DNA from: Scenedesmus sp. PABB004
Lineage: Eukaryota
DNA length: 64,000 nt
Reading direction: 5' to 3'
NCBI GenBank assembly: GCA_014905635.1
Contig: JABVCE010000003.1
Coordinates: forward strand, 1,550,001 to 1,614,000
Below, one piece after another: positions 37,109-50,152 of the stretch. Numbering within the stretch: position 1 is the first letter of the stretch; each line of letters begins with the position of its first letter. A program made the position numbers and the translations under genes. Below the pieces are notes generated by a model that was given only the letters and a program-made list of their open reading frames with translations, was not told the origin of the DNA and ran no database searches.

Positions 37109-39788
37109 ATGCTGGCCCCCAGCTTCCAGGTCCACCTACAAGGTGCGTGACACGCCCCTGCGACGGCGCCGCCGCCGCCGCTGCCGCTCCCCCATGGCAG
37201 CGGCGCCGCTGCTGCGCCCGCCGCGCAGAGCGCGTGCTGCCCGGCCGCGCGGCGCTGGGGCGCTTCGACGGCGAGACGCCCTGCCTCGTGTTCGCCACGG
37301 CCGCGGGCAAGGTGCTGGCGCACAACCCGCACGATGGCGGCGCCGGCGCCGGCGCCGGCGCGGCGCTGAACATCAACCGGCAGATCACCGCGCTCGCCGC
37401 GGGCCCGCTCGCGCCCGGCGGCCGCGACGCGCTGCTCGTCGGCACGCCCACGTGCCTGCAGTGCTACGACGTGCACGCCAACCGGTGCGGCGCCCGCGCG
37501 GCGCGTGCCCGCGCTGCGCGCGGCGCGGCGCCGGGGTTTTTGAGGCTTAACCTGTCCGCGCGAGCCCTGAACCTCGACCTTCAAACCCCTGCGCCCGCCA
37601 GGGACCTGTTCTTCGTCGACGTGCCCGACGGCGTCAGCGCGCTGGTCGTGGGCCGCTGCGGCGGCCGGGCCGACCCGCTCGTCGTCGTGGGCGGCAGCTG
37701 CAGCGTGCAGGGCTTTGACGGTGCCGGGCGCGAGGCGCTCTGGGCGGTCACGGGCGGCACCGTGACGGCGCTCGCGCTCGCCGATGTCGACGGCGACGGC
37801 GAGCAGGAGCTGCTCGTGGGCGGCGACGACGCGGCCATCCGCGTGCTCGGCAGCGACGGCGCGCTGCGGTCAAGCGTGGCCGAGGCGGACGTCGTCGTCG
37901 CGCTCGCGGGGCTGGGCGGGCCGCGTTTCGCCTACGCGCTCGCCAACGGCACGATCGGCGCGTACGCCGGCGGCGCGCGCCTGTGGCGCGTCAAGAGCCG
38001 CCACGGCGACGCGTGCCTCGCCGCCTTTGCCCTGCACGCGGGCGGGCCGCCCGAGCTGCTCGCGGGCTGGCGCAGCAGCAAGGTCGAGGCGCGGCGCGCC
38101 GCCACCGGGGAGGTGGTCGCGCGCGACGCGCTCGCCGGCGGCGCCGGCGGCGTCGCGGCGCTGCTCGTGGGCGCGCTGCGCGAGCTCGGCGGGCCGCCGG
38201 AGCTGCTCGCGCTCGGCGGCGGCGGTGAGCTGCGGGGCTATGCGGCCGCCGACGCGGACGAGCGCTGCGCCGACGCGGGCGACGCGGCGGCGCAGCAGGT
38301 CGCGCTGGTGGACCTCGCGCAGCGGAAGCAGGAGCTGGTCTACGAGCTGTGCAGCCTCGCGGCGGGCGGCGCCGGCACCAGCGGCGGCCTCAACGGCGGC
38401 GGCGGCGGCGGCGGCGGCACGGGGGCGGGGGCTGGGGCGGGCGGCGGCGGGGCCGCGCTCGCGGCGGTCATCCCTGCTGACACGCGCGTGGACGGCTGCA
38501 TCGCGCTCAACCGGTCGACCCTGAGCTGCGAGCTCCTGCTGCGCACCAACAACGAGACCGTCATCAAGGCTGTCGCCATCTTTGGGGAGCAGGCGCGCGC
38601 CGCGCTGTGCTGTGCTGCGCACGCTGTGTGTGCTGCGCGCGCCGTGGCGCGAGCGCGCCGCCGGCGCGGCGCGCCTGACCGGCCCCCGGGCGGCGCCGCG
38701 CGCGGGCGGCGCAGGTGTTTGACGGCGAGAGCCTGCTCGTGCGGCCCGCCGCGCCGGGCAGCAGCCTCGCGGTGCGCCTCTGCCCCGGCCGCGACGCGCC
38801 GGCGCTGCTCGCGGTGCGCGTGCTCGTCGGCGGGCGCACCAGCGCGCTGTATCACGTGTACGAGCTGGAGCTGGCCCTCCCGCGGTACGCCCTCTACGCC
38901 GCGCACGACGAGCCGCCGCGCGACGGGCCGCCGCGCGGCTGCGTGACCGCGACGCTGCAGCACCCCGCCGCCCGCGTCGCGGCGTGGCTGGAGAGCCGCT
39001 TCGCGGCCAAGCCCGCGGCGGCGCCGGGCGGCGGCGGCGGCGGCGCGTTTGAGGCGCACTTTACGTGCGTGCGCGGCGGCGCGCGCCTCGCGGTGCGCGC
39101 GAGCGCCGCGCCCAGCGGGCTGCGGCTCGCGCTGCACTGCGACGCCATGGAGCTCGCCGGCGAGCTGCTGCAGGCGCGTGGCGCACGCTCCGCCGCGGGG
39201 GCAGCGGGGAGGAGGGGGGAGGGGGCGCTGCCGGTGCTGGCAGCACTGCGCGCACGGCGGGGACGCCTGCTGCGCGCACCGCGCGCGCCGCGTCTCACGC
39301 CCCTTAACCCCCGCACCGCCTCCCCCCCCCCCCTGCAGGACCTGTCGTCCTACCTGGGCGTGACGGAGCTGGCCAGCACGGCGGCCTTCCCCGACGCCAT
39401 GGCCGCGCTGACCGCCAGCCTCGCGGGCGTCGAGGCGGCGAGCGCGACGCTCGAGTCGGCCGAGGGCGACGCCGCGGCGCTGGCGGGGGAGGTCAAGGCC
39501 GGCGCGGTGCGCGCGGAGGACGCGCGGCTCCTGGGCGACATGGCCGGCCTGCGCCGCGCGCACCGGCGCCTGGCCGACCTCAACCGCGGCATGCAGCTCG
39601 CGCACGCGGCGCGCGCGGCCAACCAGGCCGCGCTGCTGGAGGGCCTGCGCCACGTGAGCCGCGTGATCCAGGCCGCGGCGGCGCTGCGCGTCGGCGCGCC
39701 CGCCGCGCGCGTCGTCGCGGCGTGCCGCGCGGCGGTCAAGAGCCGCAACCTCGCGGCGCTGCCGGGTCTCGTGGAGACGGGCGGCTGA
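37109..39788 (+). CDS. BBS2: Bardet-Biedl syndrome 2 protein (BBSome subunit), ~5 exons
   Basis: MLAPSF...GRFDGETPCLVFATAAGKVLAHNPH...LNINRQIT...DALLVGT...YDVHAN.DLFF.DVPDG...VVGGSCSVQGFD..G.E.LWAVTG...DVDGDGEQELLVGGDD...FAYALANGTIGAY...RLWRVKS...IFGEQVFDGES...RAEDARLLGDM. Confidence 0.93.
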
Positions 39789-40053
39789 CCGCGCGCGGCG
39801 CGCGCTGGGCTGCTGGCCTGTGCTGCTGACAGCGCGGCAATGCACGAGGGCGGGGCAGTCACACACTCAGTGAGCGAGGGGTCTGCACGCCGCCGCGGGC
39901 TGCCGCGGCGGTGCCCGGGAACCCGCGTCCGTCCGAAAGTCAAGCCGCCCCCAGACGAAAGCTGCGCCCCGCCCCGCCCGCGCCCGCGTCCGTCCGCCGC
40001 GTCCGTCCGGCACGTCCGTCCGCCGCGCCGCGCCGCGCCGCGCCGCGCCAGCC

Positions 40054-41711
40054 TCACGCGCCGCCGAGCGCGGCGACGGGCAGCGCCGCGGGGCGCCGCG
40101 CCGCGGCGCCGAGCTCGTCCGCGAGGCGCGCGAGGTCGGCCACGATCTGGTAGACCGCCTGCGGCCGGCCCAGCGCGGCGCTGCGCGCGGCCATGGCCGC
40201 AAACGCCGCGGCGTTGTCGGGGCGCAGCCAGTCGGCCACGATGGCGGCGATGCGGTCGGGGCGCGTCTCAAACGCGCCGACGCCGTTGTCGGCGACGTAC
40301 GGGATGTTGCCCTCCTCCTGCGCCCCAGCGCGCCGGGCGCAGAGGTGCGGCGGTGAGGCGGCACGGCGTTTTCGGGCGCGCGCGCGGGGCGCGCGGCGGC
40401 GCGCGGCGCGGCGCGCGGCGGCGGCGGCGCGGCGCGCCTGGCAGGGCACGTTGCCGTTGAGCAGGATGGGGAGGCCGCTGATGAGCGCCTCGGCGATGGT
40501 GCCGGGGCCGGCCTTGGTGATGATGAGGTCGCTCGCGCCCATCCACTGGCGCAGCACGATGACGCGCACGACGCGGCGCACGCGGCGCACGCGGCGGACG
40601 CGGGGCACGCGAGTCGGCGCGGCGCCGCCGCACCGCGCCGCCGCGCCGGCACCCCGCCTCCCTCTCCTTCTCCCCTCCAGGCAGCGCCCAGCGGCGCGGG
40701 TGTGGTTGAAGAAGCTGGCTCACCTCGTGGATGTTGTCCACAAAGCCGCAGGCCACGACGTGGCTGCCGCCCGGCCAGGCGTGGCCGAGGAGCTTGGCCA
40801 GCAGCGCCTTGTTGCGGCCGCAGATGACCGCGACCTGCGCGCTGCCGCGCAGGCGCGCGTCGAGCTGCTCCACCGTCGCCTGCAGCTGGCCCATGCCCTC
40901 GCCGCCGCCGACCAGCAGGATGGCCGGCACGCCCGGCAGCAGGCCCTGGCGCGCGCGCGCGGCGGCGGCGGCGGCACGTGCGTCAGCAGCCGCCGGCGTG
41001 GGCTGTCGCAGCAGCGCCCGCCGGTGCCAGCGCCGGCGCCGCGCCGCGCCGCCGGGGAGCCGCACCAGCTTCTTGCGCAGCGCGGCCTTTGGGGGCAGGC
41101 GCTTGCTGAACACGGGCCGGATGGGCAGGCCGTGCAGGACGAGCTGCTCGTCGCTCAGCCCCATGCGCCGCCCCAGCTGCTTGCAGAACTCGGTCGGCAC
41201 AAAGCACTTGTCCACCGCCCTGCGCGGCGCGGCGGGCCGCGCGCCACGTCAGCGCCGGCGCCGGCGCGGCGACTGCGCGGCGGTGCCTGCCTGCGGCGCG
41301 GCGCGGCGCCCCGCAGCGCCGCGGCGCGCCGCAGCGGCGCGGGCGCGCGCCTGCAGAACCAGGTGTTGTGGCAGGTCGTGAAGTCGGTGACGACCGTCGC
41401 AAACGGCGGCGGCCGCGCCGCGCCGGCCGCGGCCGCGCGCGCGGCGAGGACGCGCGTGGGGATGTGCTGCATGAGCGGGTGCACGCTGACCACGAGGTCG
41501 GGGTCGTACGCGTCAAACGCGGCGCGCAGGTGCGCCCCGATCGCGGCGTGCAGCGCGGAGAAGTAGGGCAGGTGCACCGCGCGCGGCTGTATGGCGGTGT
41601 AGGTGAAGCGCCACAGCGCGCCGTGGCGCACGAGGAAGGAGTAGCTGTCCGGCAGCGTGTTCCACGGCGCCGGCGTGTGCTCCTTCCACATGTCCACGAT
41701 GACCACCTGCA

Positions 41712-41751
<40 letters not shown>

Positions 41752-42620
41752 GCGCGAGCGGGGCGTGTGTGGGGGGCGCCCGGCGCCGCCGCAGCAACGG
41801 GCGCCCCGCCGGGCCGCGCCCGCCCGCCCGCCGCCGCGCCGCGCCCGCCGCGGCGCGCCCCGGGGCGCGCCCGCGGCGCCGCGCCCCGGGGCGCGCCCGC
41901 GGCGCCGCGCCTTGTACTTGGCACCGTAGCGCTCCTCCAGCGCCTGCTTGAGCGCCTCTGCGCTCGCCTTGTGCCCGCCGCCCGTGTTGCTCATCATCAC
42001 CAGGATGGTCCGCTGCCCCCGCCGCGCCGCGGCGCCGCCGCCGCCGCAGCGCGCGGTGAACGGCCACAGCCGCAGCTGCAGCGCGGCGGCGGGCCCCGCA
42101 AACTGCGGCGGCGGCGCGGCGGGGCGTGGGCGCGCGGGCGCGCGGGCGCGCGGCGCGCAGCCACGCGCGTGCGGGCCCGCGGCGGCCGCGCAGAGCCCCC
42201 GCCCACGGCGCGCGCCGCGGCCGCGCGGCTCACCAGGCCGCCCGCGCCCGCGCCGAGGCCGGCGGCGCCGATGGCGCGGAACGCGACGTTCAGCGGCGCC
42301 GTCCACGCGAGCCGGCTCGACGACGCGCCCGGCCGCGGCGCGTCGCCCGCGGCCGTGGGCACGATGCGGCGGGGGCCGTTGGTGCTGGCGGTGCCGGCCT
42401 TGCGCGCCGGCGCCGCCGCGCGCCGCGGCGCGCGCTGCTGCTCGTGCTGCTGCTGCTGCGCCCGCCGCCGCCCCGCCGGCGGCGCGCCGAGCCGCGTCGG
42501 CTGCTGGCCGGCCGGATGCGCGCTCAGGTCGCCTCCGCGAGCGCCCTGAAGCAGAAGGGCGGGCAGCTGCGGCGGCAGCAGCCGCGGCACTGCCGCCTCG
42601 GCCTCCGTGGCGACCGTCAT
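40054..42620 (-). CDS. MGD1: Monogalactosyldiacylglycerol synthase (GT28), ~9 exons
   Basis: ILVMMSNTGGGHKASAEAL, DLVVSVHPLMQH, TVVTDFTTCHNTWF, HGLPIRP, LLVGGGEGMG, VICGRN, ITKAGPGTIAEAL, PCQEEGNIPYV. Confidence 0.93.
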
Positions 42621-43520
42621 GACCGGCGCAATGCCCCGTGCGACGGCGAAGCGACGCCTCTACACCCACGGCGCGGCGCGGCGAGCAATTAAGCGCCGGG
42701 CGCGCGACAGGATCAGCCAGATGGCCCCGCCCCTGGCCCAGATGCCAGCTCAGCCAGCGCTCAGCGCGGATCTGCCCACTGCCGACGCGGAGATGTGCGC
42801 GGCGCTGCGGACACGACGCGCCAGGCCCGGGGGGCGGCGGGGCTCTGCGGCGGCCGCCGGCGCGCCGCTTTGACGAGCGGCGACCCGGCGTGCGACGCGG
42901 CGACCCCGCGCCGGCCCGCCGGCGAGTTTGCGGACTGGCGCTCGGCGCCGAGGCGTGGCCGCCAGCCGCCTGCACCAGCACCGCACGCGCCCGGCGCCGC
43001 GGCGGCAGCCGGCCCCCGCTGGCCGAGCCCCGGCGGCGCAAGCGAGCGCACGCCGCCCTCGCGCGCGCGGCGGCGCAGCCGGCGCTCGCGCTCGCCCGCC
43101 GCCACTTGCTGAGCCCCCGGGCGGTCACGGGGGCGCCTCAATTGCCGCGCCGGAGACGCCCCCAGGCTCGAAGCCCCACGCCCGCGGCCGCTCGCGCACG
43201 GTTCTGGCGCTGCGGGCGACGGACGGGCGCGCAGGTGCGGCGCGCGACCGGGCGTCGCGGCGCGGCGCGCGGCGCGGCGCGCGCGCGGGCGGGCGAGGTC
43301 TGGCGGGCGCGGGCAGGGCTGCGCGCGCGATCGCCGCGCCCTGGCGCCCAGCAGCGCGTTGTGTGGGGGTTGCGCCCGGTGCAGCGTTCGGGCGCGGTCC
43401 TGGGGGCATGCGGGCGCTTGCCGGTCGCGGGGCGGGGGCTCGCCCCATTCAAGCCCGCCCCCCGCCGCGGCGCGCGCAGGTACCCTGGCCGTGGGCGGCT
43501 GAGGCTCTGCGCTCGGCGGC

Positions 43521-46500
43521 ATGGAGGCCTCGGCGGGGCCGTCCCCGCTGCCGTCGCCGGCCAAGCCGGCGGGCAGTCAGGACGCGAGCCCCGCGGCCGA
43601 CAACCCGGCGCTGCTCAAGCTGCTGGGCGACTCGGTGCAGCTGATGAGCAGCATCGTGGAGGGCGAGCACGTGGCGTGCGAGAACACGCAGGCGCAGCTC
43701 GCGACGGCGCTGCGCGACCTGAAGCAGCAGCTGGTGGGCCAGGAGATGCAGCAGGACCGGCCCGCCGACGACGAGGGCGCCGACGTCGGCAGCGGCGCGC
43801 CCGACCAGGCCGGCGGCGCGTCGGACGCGGGCGCGGGCGGGCCGGCCGCGCACGCCGACGCCGCCGCGCACGCCGACGCCGCCGCGGGCGCCGACGCCGC
43901 GGGCGCCGCCGCCGGCGGCGCAGGCGACGGCGCGACCGCGCCGACGGGCACCGCGCTGCTTCGCCAGGCCGGCGGCGCGGCGGAGCCGGCGGCCGAGCCG
44001 GCGGCCGCTGGCGGCGGCACGCCGGCCGCCCCGCCGGGCAGCGCCAAGAGCGGCGGCTCGCCGCCCGCTGGCCCGGGCGGCAGTGGCCTGCCGCCGCGCT
44101 GCCCCATCGCCAACGCGCAGGACCAGGCGACCGCGCTCGCGTCGGCGCTGTCGGCGGTGGCGGCCGCCGCGGCGTCGCAGACGCTGCCCGTGGAGACGGC
44201 CTCCGGCCTCGCCGCCGCGCTCGTGCGCTCCGCCAGCCGCGCGTGCCTGACGGGCGACGGCGACGGCGCCGCGTCGGCGCCCGCGCCCGCGGCGGCGTCG
44301 GAGGCCGGCGACGACGCGGCGGCGGAGGAGCCGCTCGCGCCGCTGGAGGCGCCGTTTGAGGCGCTCGCCGCTGCACTGCTGAGCGAGCAGCAGCAGCAGC
44401 TGGCGGCCGCGCCGCCGGCGCCCGCGAGCGAGGCGGGCGGCGAGCAGCCGGGCGGCGACGAGGTGCCGGCGCTGCCGGCGCCGCAGCAGGCGTTTGTGGA
44501 GGCGCTGCACGCCATCGCGGCGGGGCAGCTCGCGGCGGTGGGCGGCGGCGCCGCGACGCCCGCGGGCGACCGGCCCTCGATGGCGGGCTCGGTCGCGTCG
44601 GCGCCGTCCAGCGCCACGCCCACGCCCACCGCCGCGGCGGCGGAGGAGGGCGACGGGGGCGGCGCGCCCGCGGCGGTCATGGCCGCGCTGTCCAACCTGC
44701 CCGCGGGCGCGCCGGCCAGCAGCGCCAGGGCGCCCGTGTCGCGCAAGGCCAGCGGCAAGGTCGGCCAGCAGGCCGGCCAGCAGCAGGCGGCGCCGGCGCC
44801 GGCGCCGCAGGGCAGGGCGGCCGCGCCGGCGGTTGCGCCCGTCGGCTCCGGCGTGCCGGTGAGCGCGCTGCTGCTGGCGGCGCTGCAGGAGCGGCTCGCG
44901 CTGCCGGCGCCGTGCGCGGCGCCGCCCTGCGGCGCTGGTGGCGCAGCTGAGCTCATGCAGGAGGCGGGCCTGCCCATGCTGCAGCCCATCCGCACCGTGA
45001 GCAGCGGCGTCAGCGCGCTCGAGGGCAGCGCGGGCTCGTCGTCGCAGCCCGGCACGCCCAGCGTGCCGCCGGCGCCGCCGCCGCCGGCGAGCGGCGACCC
45101 CGCGGCCGTCGCTGCGGCGGCCGCGACCGCCGCGACCAACGGCCTGCCCCGCGCCGGCGCGAGCCGCCTCGGCCGCGGCGGGCGGGGGGAGGTGAAGCCG
45201 CCGGAGACGCCCGTGGCCGTGCTGATGACGGGCGAGGACGTGGCGCTCGCCCACGTGCTGCTGCGCGCGGGGGAGGTCGCGCCCGGCGGCACGCCCGCCG
45301 CGCTCGCGGCGCTGCTGGGCTTTGGCCCCGGCGACGAGCCCGACGTGCTCTCCGCGGTCGGCGACGGCGGCGGCAGCCCCGCGTCCGCGGTGGCCAGCTT
45401 CCTGCACAACATACGCGTGCTCAACATGGACGCCGCCGCAGCGGCGGCCGAGGGCGACGGCGCGGGCGCCAAGGCCGCCGCGACGCTGCGCGGGCTCAGC
45501 GAGTCGCTGCTCACGGCGCTGGTGGAGAGCTTCTGCGGCCTCGTCGGCGAGGCGGAGCGCGAGCGCGAGCGCGCCGCGGCGGCCGAGGCCGCCGAGGCGG
45601 CGGCGGTGGTCGCGGCGGCAGCGGCGGCGGCGCAGCAGCAGCAGCAGCAGGCACAGCAGCAGCAGCAGCAGCAGCTTGCGGCGGCGGCGGCGCTCGCGCC
45701 CGCGTCGCCTGCCGTGCCGGCCGGGCTGGACCAGCTGCAGGTACAGCTGGCTGGCCTGCTGGCTGCGCAGGCGCCGGCCGCGACCCCCACAGCGGCGGCG
45801 GCACCGACCCCGGCGCTCAGCGCGTCCAGCCTCGCCGCGGCGGTCGCGGCGGCGCCGCAGCAGCAGCAGCAGGCGTCGCTGCTCGCGCTGCTGCAGCAGC
45901 TGGGCGGCGCGACGGCGGCCGCGCCGCTGGCGCCCGCGGCGCCCAACCTCACCAACGTCCTGTCCACGGCGCTCCAGGTGATCGCGGCGCAGCAGCAACA
46001 GCAGCAGCAGCAGCAGGCGGCGGCGCAGCAGGCGGCGGTGCAGGCGGCCATGCAGGCGGCGGCGCAGCAGGCCGCTGCGCAGCAGGCGGCGGCGCAGCAG
46101 GCCGCCGCGCAGCAGCAGCTGGCGCAGCAGCAGGCGGCGCAGCAGCAGGCGGCGCAGCAGCAGGCCGCGGCCGCGGCGGCGGCCGCCGCGGTGGCCGCGG
46201 CTGGCCTGCAGGCCCCGCAGCCCAGCCTCGACATGCAGTCGCTGCAGCTGCTGGCGAGCCTGCAGCAGCACCAGGCGCAGCAGCAGCACCAGGCGCAGCA
46301 GCACCACCAGGCCCAGGCGGCGCAGGCGGCGGCGCAGCAGGCGGCGGTCGACGCGCACCTGGGCATCGCGACCTCCGCGTCGCTGCTGCAGCCCGCGGGC
46401 AGCCTGGTCGGCCCGAGCAGCGGCGGCAGCCACATGGCCGGCGCGCAGGGCGCGCTGCCGGGCCTGCCGTCGCTGCTGTCGGCGCAGCTGGCGTCCAGCT

Positions 46501-46745
46501 CGGTCGCCATGTCGCTGGCCGCCAACAACGGCGGCGGCGGCGCGGGCCTGGCGCCGCCAGTGACGTACCACCTGCCCAGCGGCGGCGGCGGCGGCCTGCC
46601 GCCGAGCCTGCCGCCCGGCTTCCAGGGCGGGCAGGCGGCGCAGCTGGCGCAGGGCCTGGGAGGCTATGCCGCCGCCGGCGGCGCCGGGCACTGGGCGCTG
46701 GGCGGCCACGAGCTGGCGGGGGGCCACAGCGGCGTGGCCGCGGCG

Positions 46746-46777
<32 letters not shown>

Positions 46778-47140
46778 GGCGGGCGGCGGCGTGCCGTCGC
46801 TGGCGAGCGTCGACTCCAGCGGCGGCTCGTTCACTGGCGCCTCTGGCCACTCCGGCCACTCCGGCACGCTCGCGGTGCCCGCGGTGGTGGCCAACGCGCA
46901 GGCGCCGGCGCAGGTGCACCAGGGGACGCCGCCGGGCGGCGCGGGCGTGCCGGGGCCGCCGGGCGTGCCGCCGAGCGTATACGCGGACGCCAGCCTGGAG
47001 CAGGCGAGCGCGGTGGCTGCCGCGGCAGCGGTCGCGGCCGCCGCGGCGTCGCAGAAGCAGGCGCAGGCGCAGGCGCACCACCATGCCGCCGCGGCGGCGG
47101 CGGCGGCTGCCGCGGTGGCGGTGCAGCACCAGCACGCGGC

Positions 47141-47187
<47 letters not shown>

Positions 47188-47426
47188 CCGCCGCGGTGCA
47201 GCAGGCGCAGCAGATGGTGGGGGAGATGGCCTTTTACAACAACTACCCCGCGGCGGCCACGGGCATGGCGGGGCAGATGGGCTTCACAGCTGACGACTGG
47301 CAGCTGTGGCAGCAGCACCAGCAGCAGCAGGCGGCGGCGGCGGCGGCGCAGGGCCAGCAGCAGGCCGCGCACGCGGCGGCGCACGCGGCGGCGCACGCGG
47401 CGGCCCAGGCGGCGACCCAGCAGTGA
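43521..47426 (+). CDS. Hypothetical 1301-aa Ala/Gln-rich low-complexity protein (poly-Q tracts)
   Basis: Uninterrupted 3.9-kb ORF with host-like codon bias; probable 5' UTR intron acceptor near 43479; no recognisable domain. Confidence 0.7.
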
Positions 47427-48086
47427 GGGCGAGGCGGCTGTGCGGGCTGGCGGCGCGTCGCGACACCGAGATTGCATGTGTGCACCGCCACACCACCGCG
47501 GCGGTCGGCGGTGATATAGCGGCGCCCTCGCGTCGGCACCTTTCATGCGCGGCGACGACACCGTGACGCCAACACGCGCGGCCCTTGCTGCGAGCTCGGG
47601 GCGCGGGCTTTGACTCAGAGTCAGACTCATTCGTTTGGTCGAGTGCAGCAGCCCATTGCGAGCGCGCACTGCGGCGAATCCCTGCCGTGTCCCTGTTTCG
47701 GGCGCGCTCCCTGCGCCCGCGTCTCGTCTTCCTGTTCCCTGCATCATCACAACGCATCGCCGCAGCGGCAGCAGCAGCAGCGCACGGCACATGGTCGGCG
47801 CCATTGTCGAGGGCGCGCGTGGCAGTTGTTGCGGGGCGTAGAGCAAATCGGGGGCTGCTGGCGCGCTGGAGAGGAGGAGGAGGAGTAAATGTGCGCCCAA
47901 AAACGCGGTTGACCGGCGGTCAAACGCGGCGCATCTGCCGCCGCGCTGCCGCCCTCCTCCCCCCGCCGTCCCCACCGTGCATCACGCGCCCAGTGCGTCC
48001 CGGGGCAGCCCTCTGGCCGCACCCCAAGCCACGCTGCGAGCGAGTTGGGCGAGCAGCGCCCGCGCGGCCGCGCGGCGGCGCCCGCG

Positions 48087-50085
48087 ATGCACTCGTTCAG
48101 CGAGTTTGTGGCGACTCGCAGGCACCCCACGAGCGACGGCAGTGCGCTCACGGGGCTGCAACCGATCACGCTGGAGGACCTGGTGCGCAGCGGCGGGCCT
48201 GCGCCCGGGCAGTCGGCGAGGCCGCGCGCCAGCTCGGAGCAGCAGCGCGCGGCGCTGCAGCACATGCAGCAGCAGCTGCAGGCCCTGCAGCACCGGGCAG
48301 CCCAGCGCGGCAGCGCGCCGGCGCCGCCGGCAGACGCGGCGCGAGTTGACGGCGCGACCGCGCGGCGCGAGCAGCCCTCGCTCGGCTGGCTGCAGCAGCA
48401 TCAGCAGCAGGAGGAAGCGCAGGAGCATCACCAGCAGCTGCAGGAGCAGCTGCCGCAGGCAGCCGCGGCAGAGCGTGCACCGCCGCCGCGCGCAGCCAGC
48501 CCTGCAGCGCGTGCCTCGGCCGCGAGCGCATCGCAGCGCGACGGCCTACTACCGCCGTGCAGCAGCGGCGCCGTGGAGCCGGTGCTGTTCAATGCCCCAG
48601 CGCCTGCCAAAGGCAGCGCACGAGCGCATGGCGCAGCGTACGGCAGCGCTGGCACCGCCGCTCGCCAGCTTCTCGCCGACGCTAGCAGCAGTGACGGCGA
48701 AGGCGGCAGCGACAGCGGCAGTGACAGCGACACTGACCCAGACCAGCGCCCGTGGAAGGCGGCCGCAGCGCAGGCCGCCGCCAACTGCGCATGCGGTGCT
48801 GCCGACACGTGCAGCCCGGCGAGCAACGTGCAGCTGCTGGCGGCGCGCCGGCACGCCCAGCAGCTGCAGCAGCTGCAGCAGCTGCAGCAGCAGAGCGACG
48901 CCCTGGTCCGCGAGCTCGAGCGCGAGCGGCAGGCGGCGGAGCGTGAGCGGCAGCATGCAGCCGATGCATGGCAGGAGGTGGCCGAGGCGCGCGCTGAGTG
49001 CGACGTGGCGCTCCAGTCGCTGCGCCAGGACAACGCGTCGCTTGCGGCCCGGCTGCGGCGAACCCTGGTGAGACGGGGGCTTGGCACGAGGCCACCCAGG
49101 CGCGCGGCGCTGCCCCGCCACCAGCGAGCCCCCGCTGCGCTGCTGCGCCCAGGCCGGCGGCGACCAGCATGATGTGGCCGAGGCGTGCGACGCAGCCCTG
49201 CGCGCGGCGGAGGCTCGCGTGGACGAGGCCCAGCAGGCTGCAGCGGCGCTGGCCGCGCAGCTGGCAGACGCGGAGCTGCAGCTTGCGAGCGTGCGCCGCG
49301 CTCCTGCAGCCTCGCACCCGCACGCGACGGAGGCGGAGGCGGCGACGGCGGTGGCAGTGGCTGCGCCGGCAGCGCGCTCGCCGGCGCGGCAGGGCGGCAT
49401 GGGCGGCCTGCCGTCGCCGGCCGGCAGCAGCTGCGTGCGCGCGCTGCGACAGCACCAGCGGCGCCTCGAGGCCCAGCTGGCAGCCGCGACGGCGCGCGCC
49501 GCGCAGCTGGAGCGCGACGGCATCAGCCTGCTCCGTTACAGGCGGGCCTTTGAGGCTGCCGCGGCCAGGGGCGAGGCAGCGGCGGCCAGCCAGGCTGCGC
49601 TCGAGGCGGCGCTGCGCGCGGCTGAGCTGCGCGCGGCTGATGCGGCGCGGGGAGCGGACGGGCTGATGCGGCAGCGGGTCGAGCAGCTGGAGGCGGAGCG
49701 CGCGCAGCTGCTGGCCGCAGCGGCAGTGCAGCACGCGGCCTGCCAGGGCATGGGCTCGCCAAGGAGCTGCAGTGGCGACCAGCTGCCGGCGGTCGGCAGC
49801 AGCACGGCCCGCGCTCGCCCGCGCAACCCAGCAGCGCGGCAGAGCAGGGCGCCCACGCGCCTGCGTCTCCGCCGGGCTGCCCCGCCCCACGTGCGGGGGC
49901 CGGGCGGCGTGTCAGGCGGCGGCACGCTCAGCCTGGCCCAGCGGGTGTCCAGCGCGCTGCCGCCCGGCTCGCCGCTGCAGGAGCAGTTGGCCGAGCTGGT
50001 GGCAGAGATCGCCGCCGGCGTGCGTGAGCGCGAGACGCTGGCGGCGCAGTCGGCGGTGCTGCTGTGGCTGGTGGTCGGCGAGTGA
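48087..50085 (+). CDS. Hypothetical coiled-coil protein (2 exons; intron ~49068-49152)
   Basis: MHSFSEFVATRR...; heptad-rich LVRELERERQAAERE...LEAQLAAATARAAQLERD; GT-AG intron keeps the frame. Confidence 0.6.
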
Positions 50086-50152
50086 GCGCGGTTGCGCGCG
50101 GTTGCAACGCGCCGCCCCCGTCTGTCTCAGCGCACGAGCAGTTGACGCAGTA

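Noticed and set aside
43449..47975. 1508-aa and 983-aa minus-strand ORFs
   Set aside because: Antisense shadows of the + strand poly-Q/A gene; stop codons are rare at this GC content
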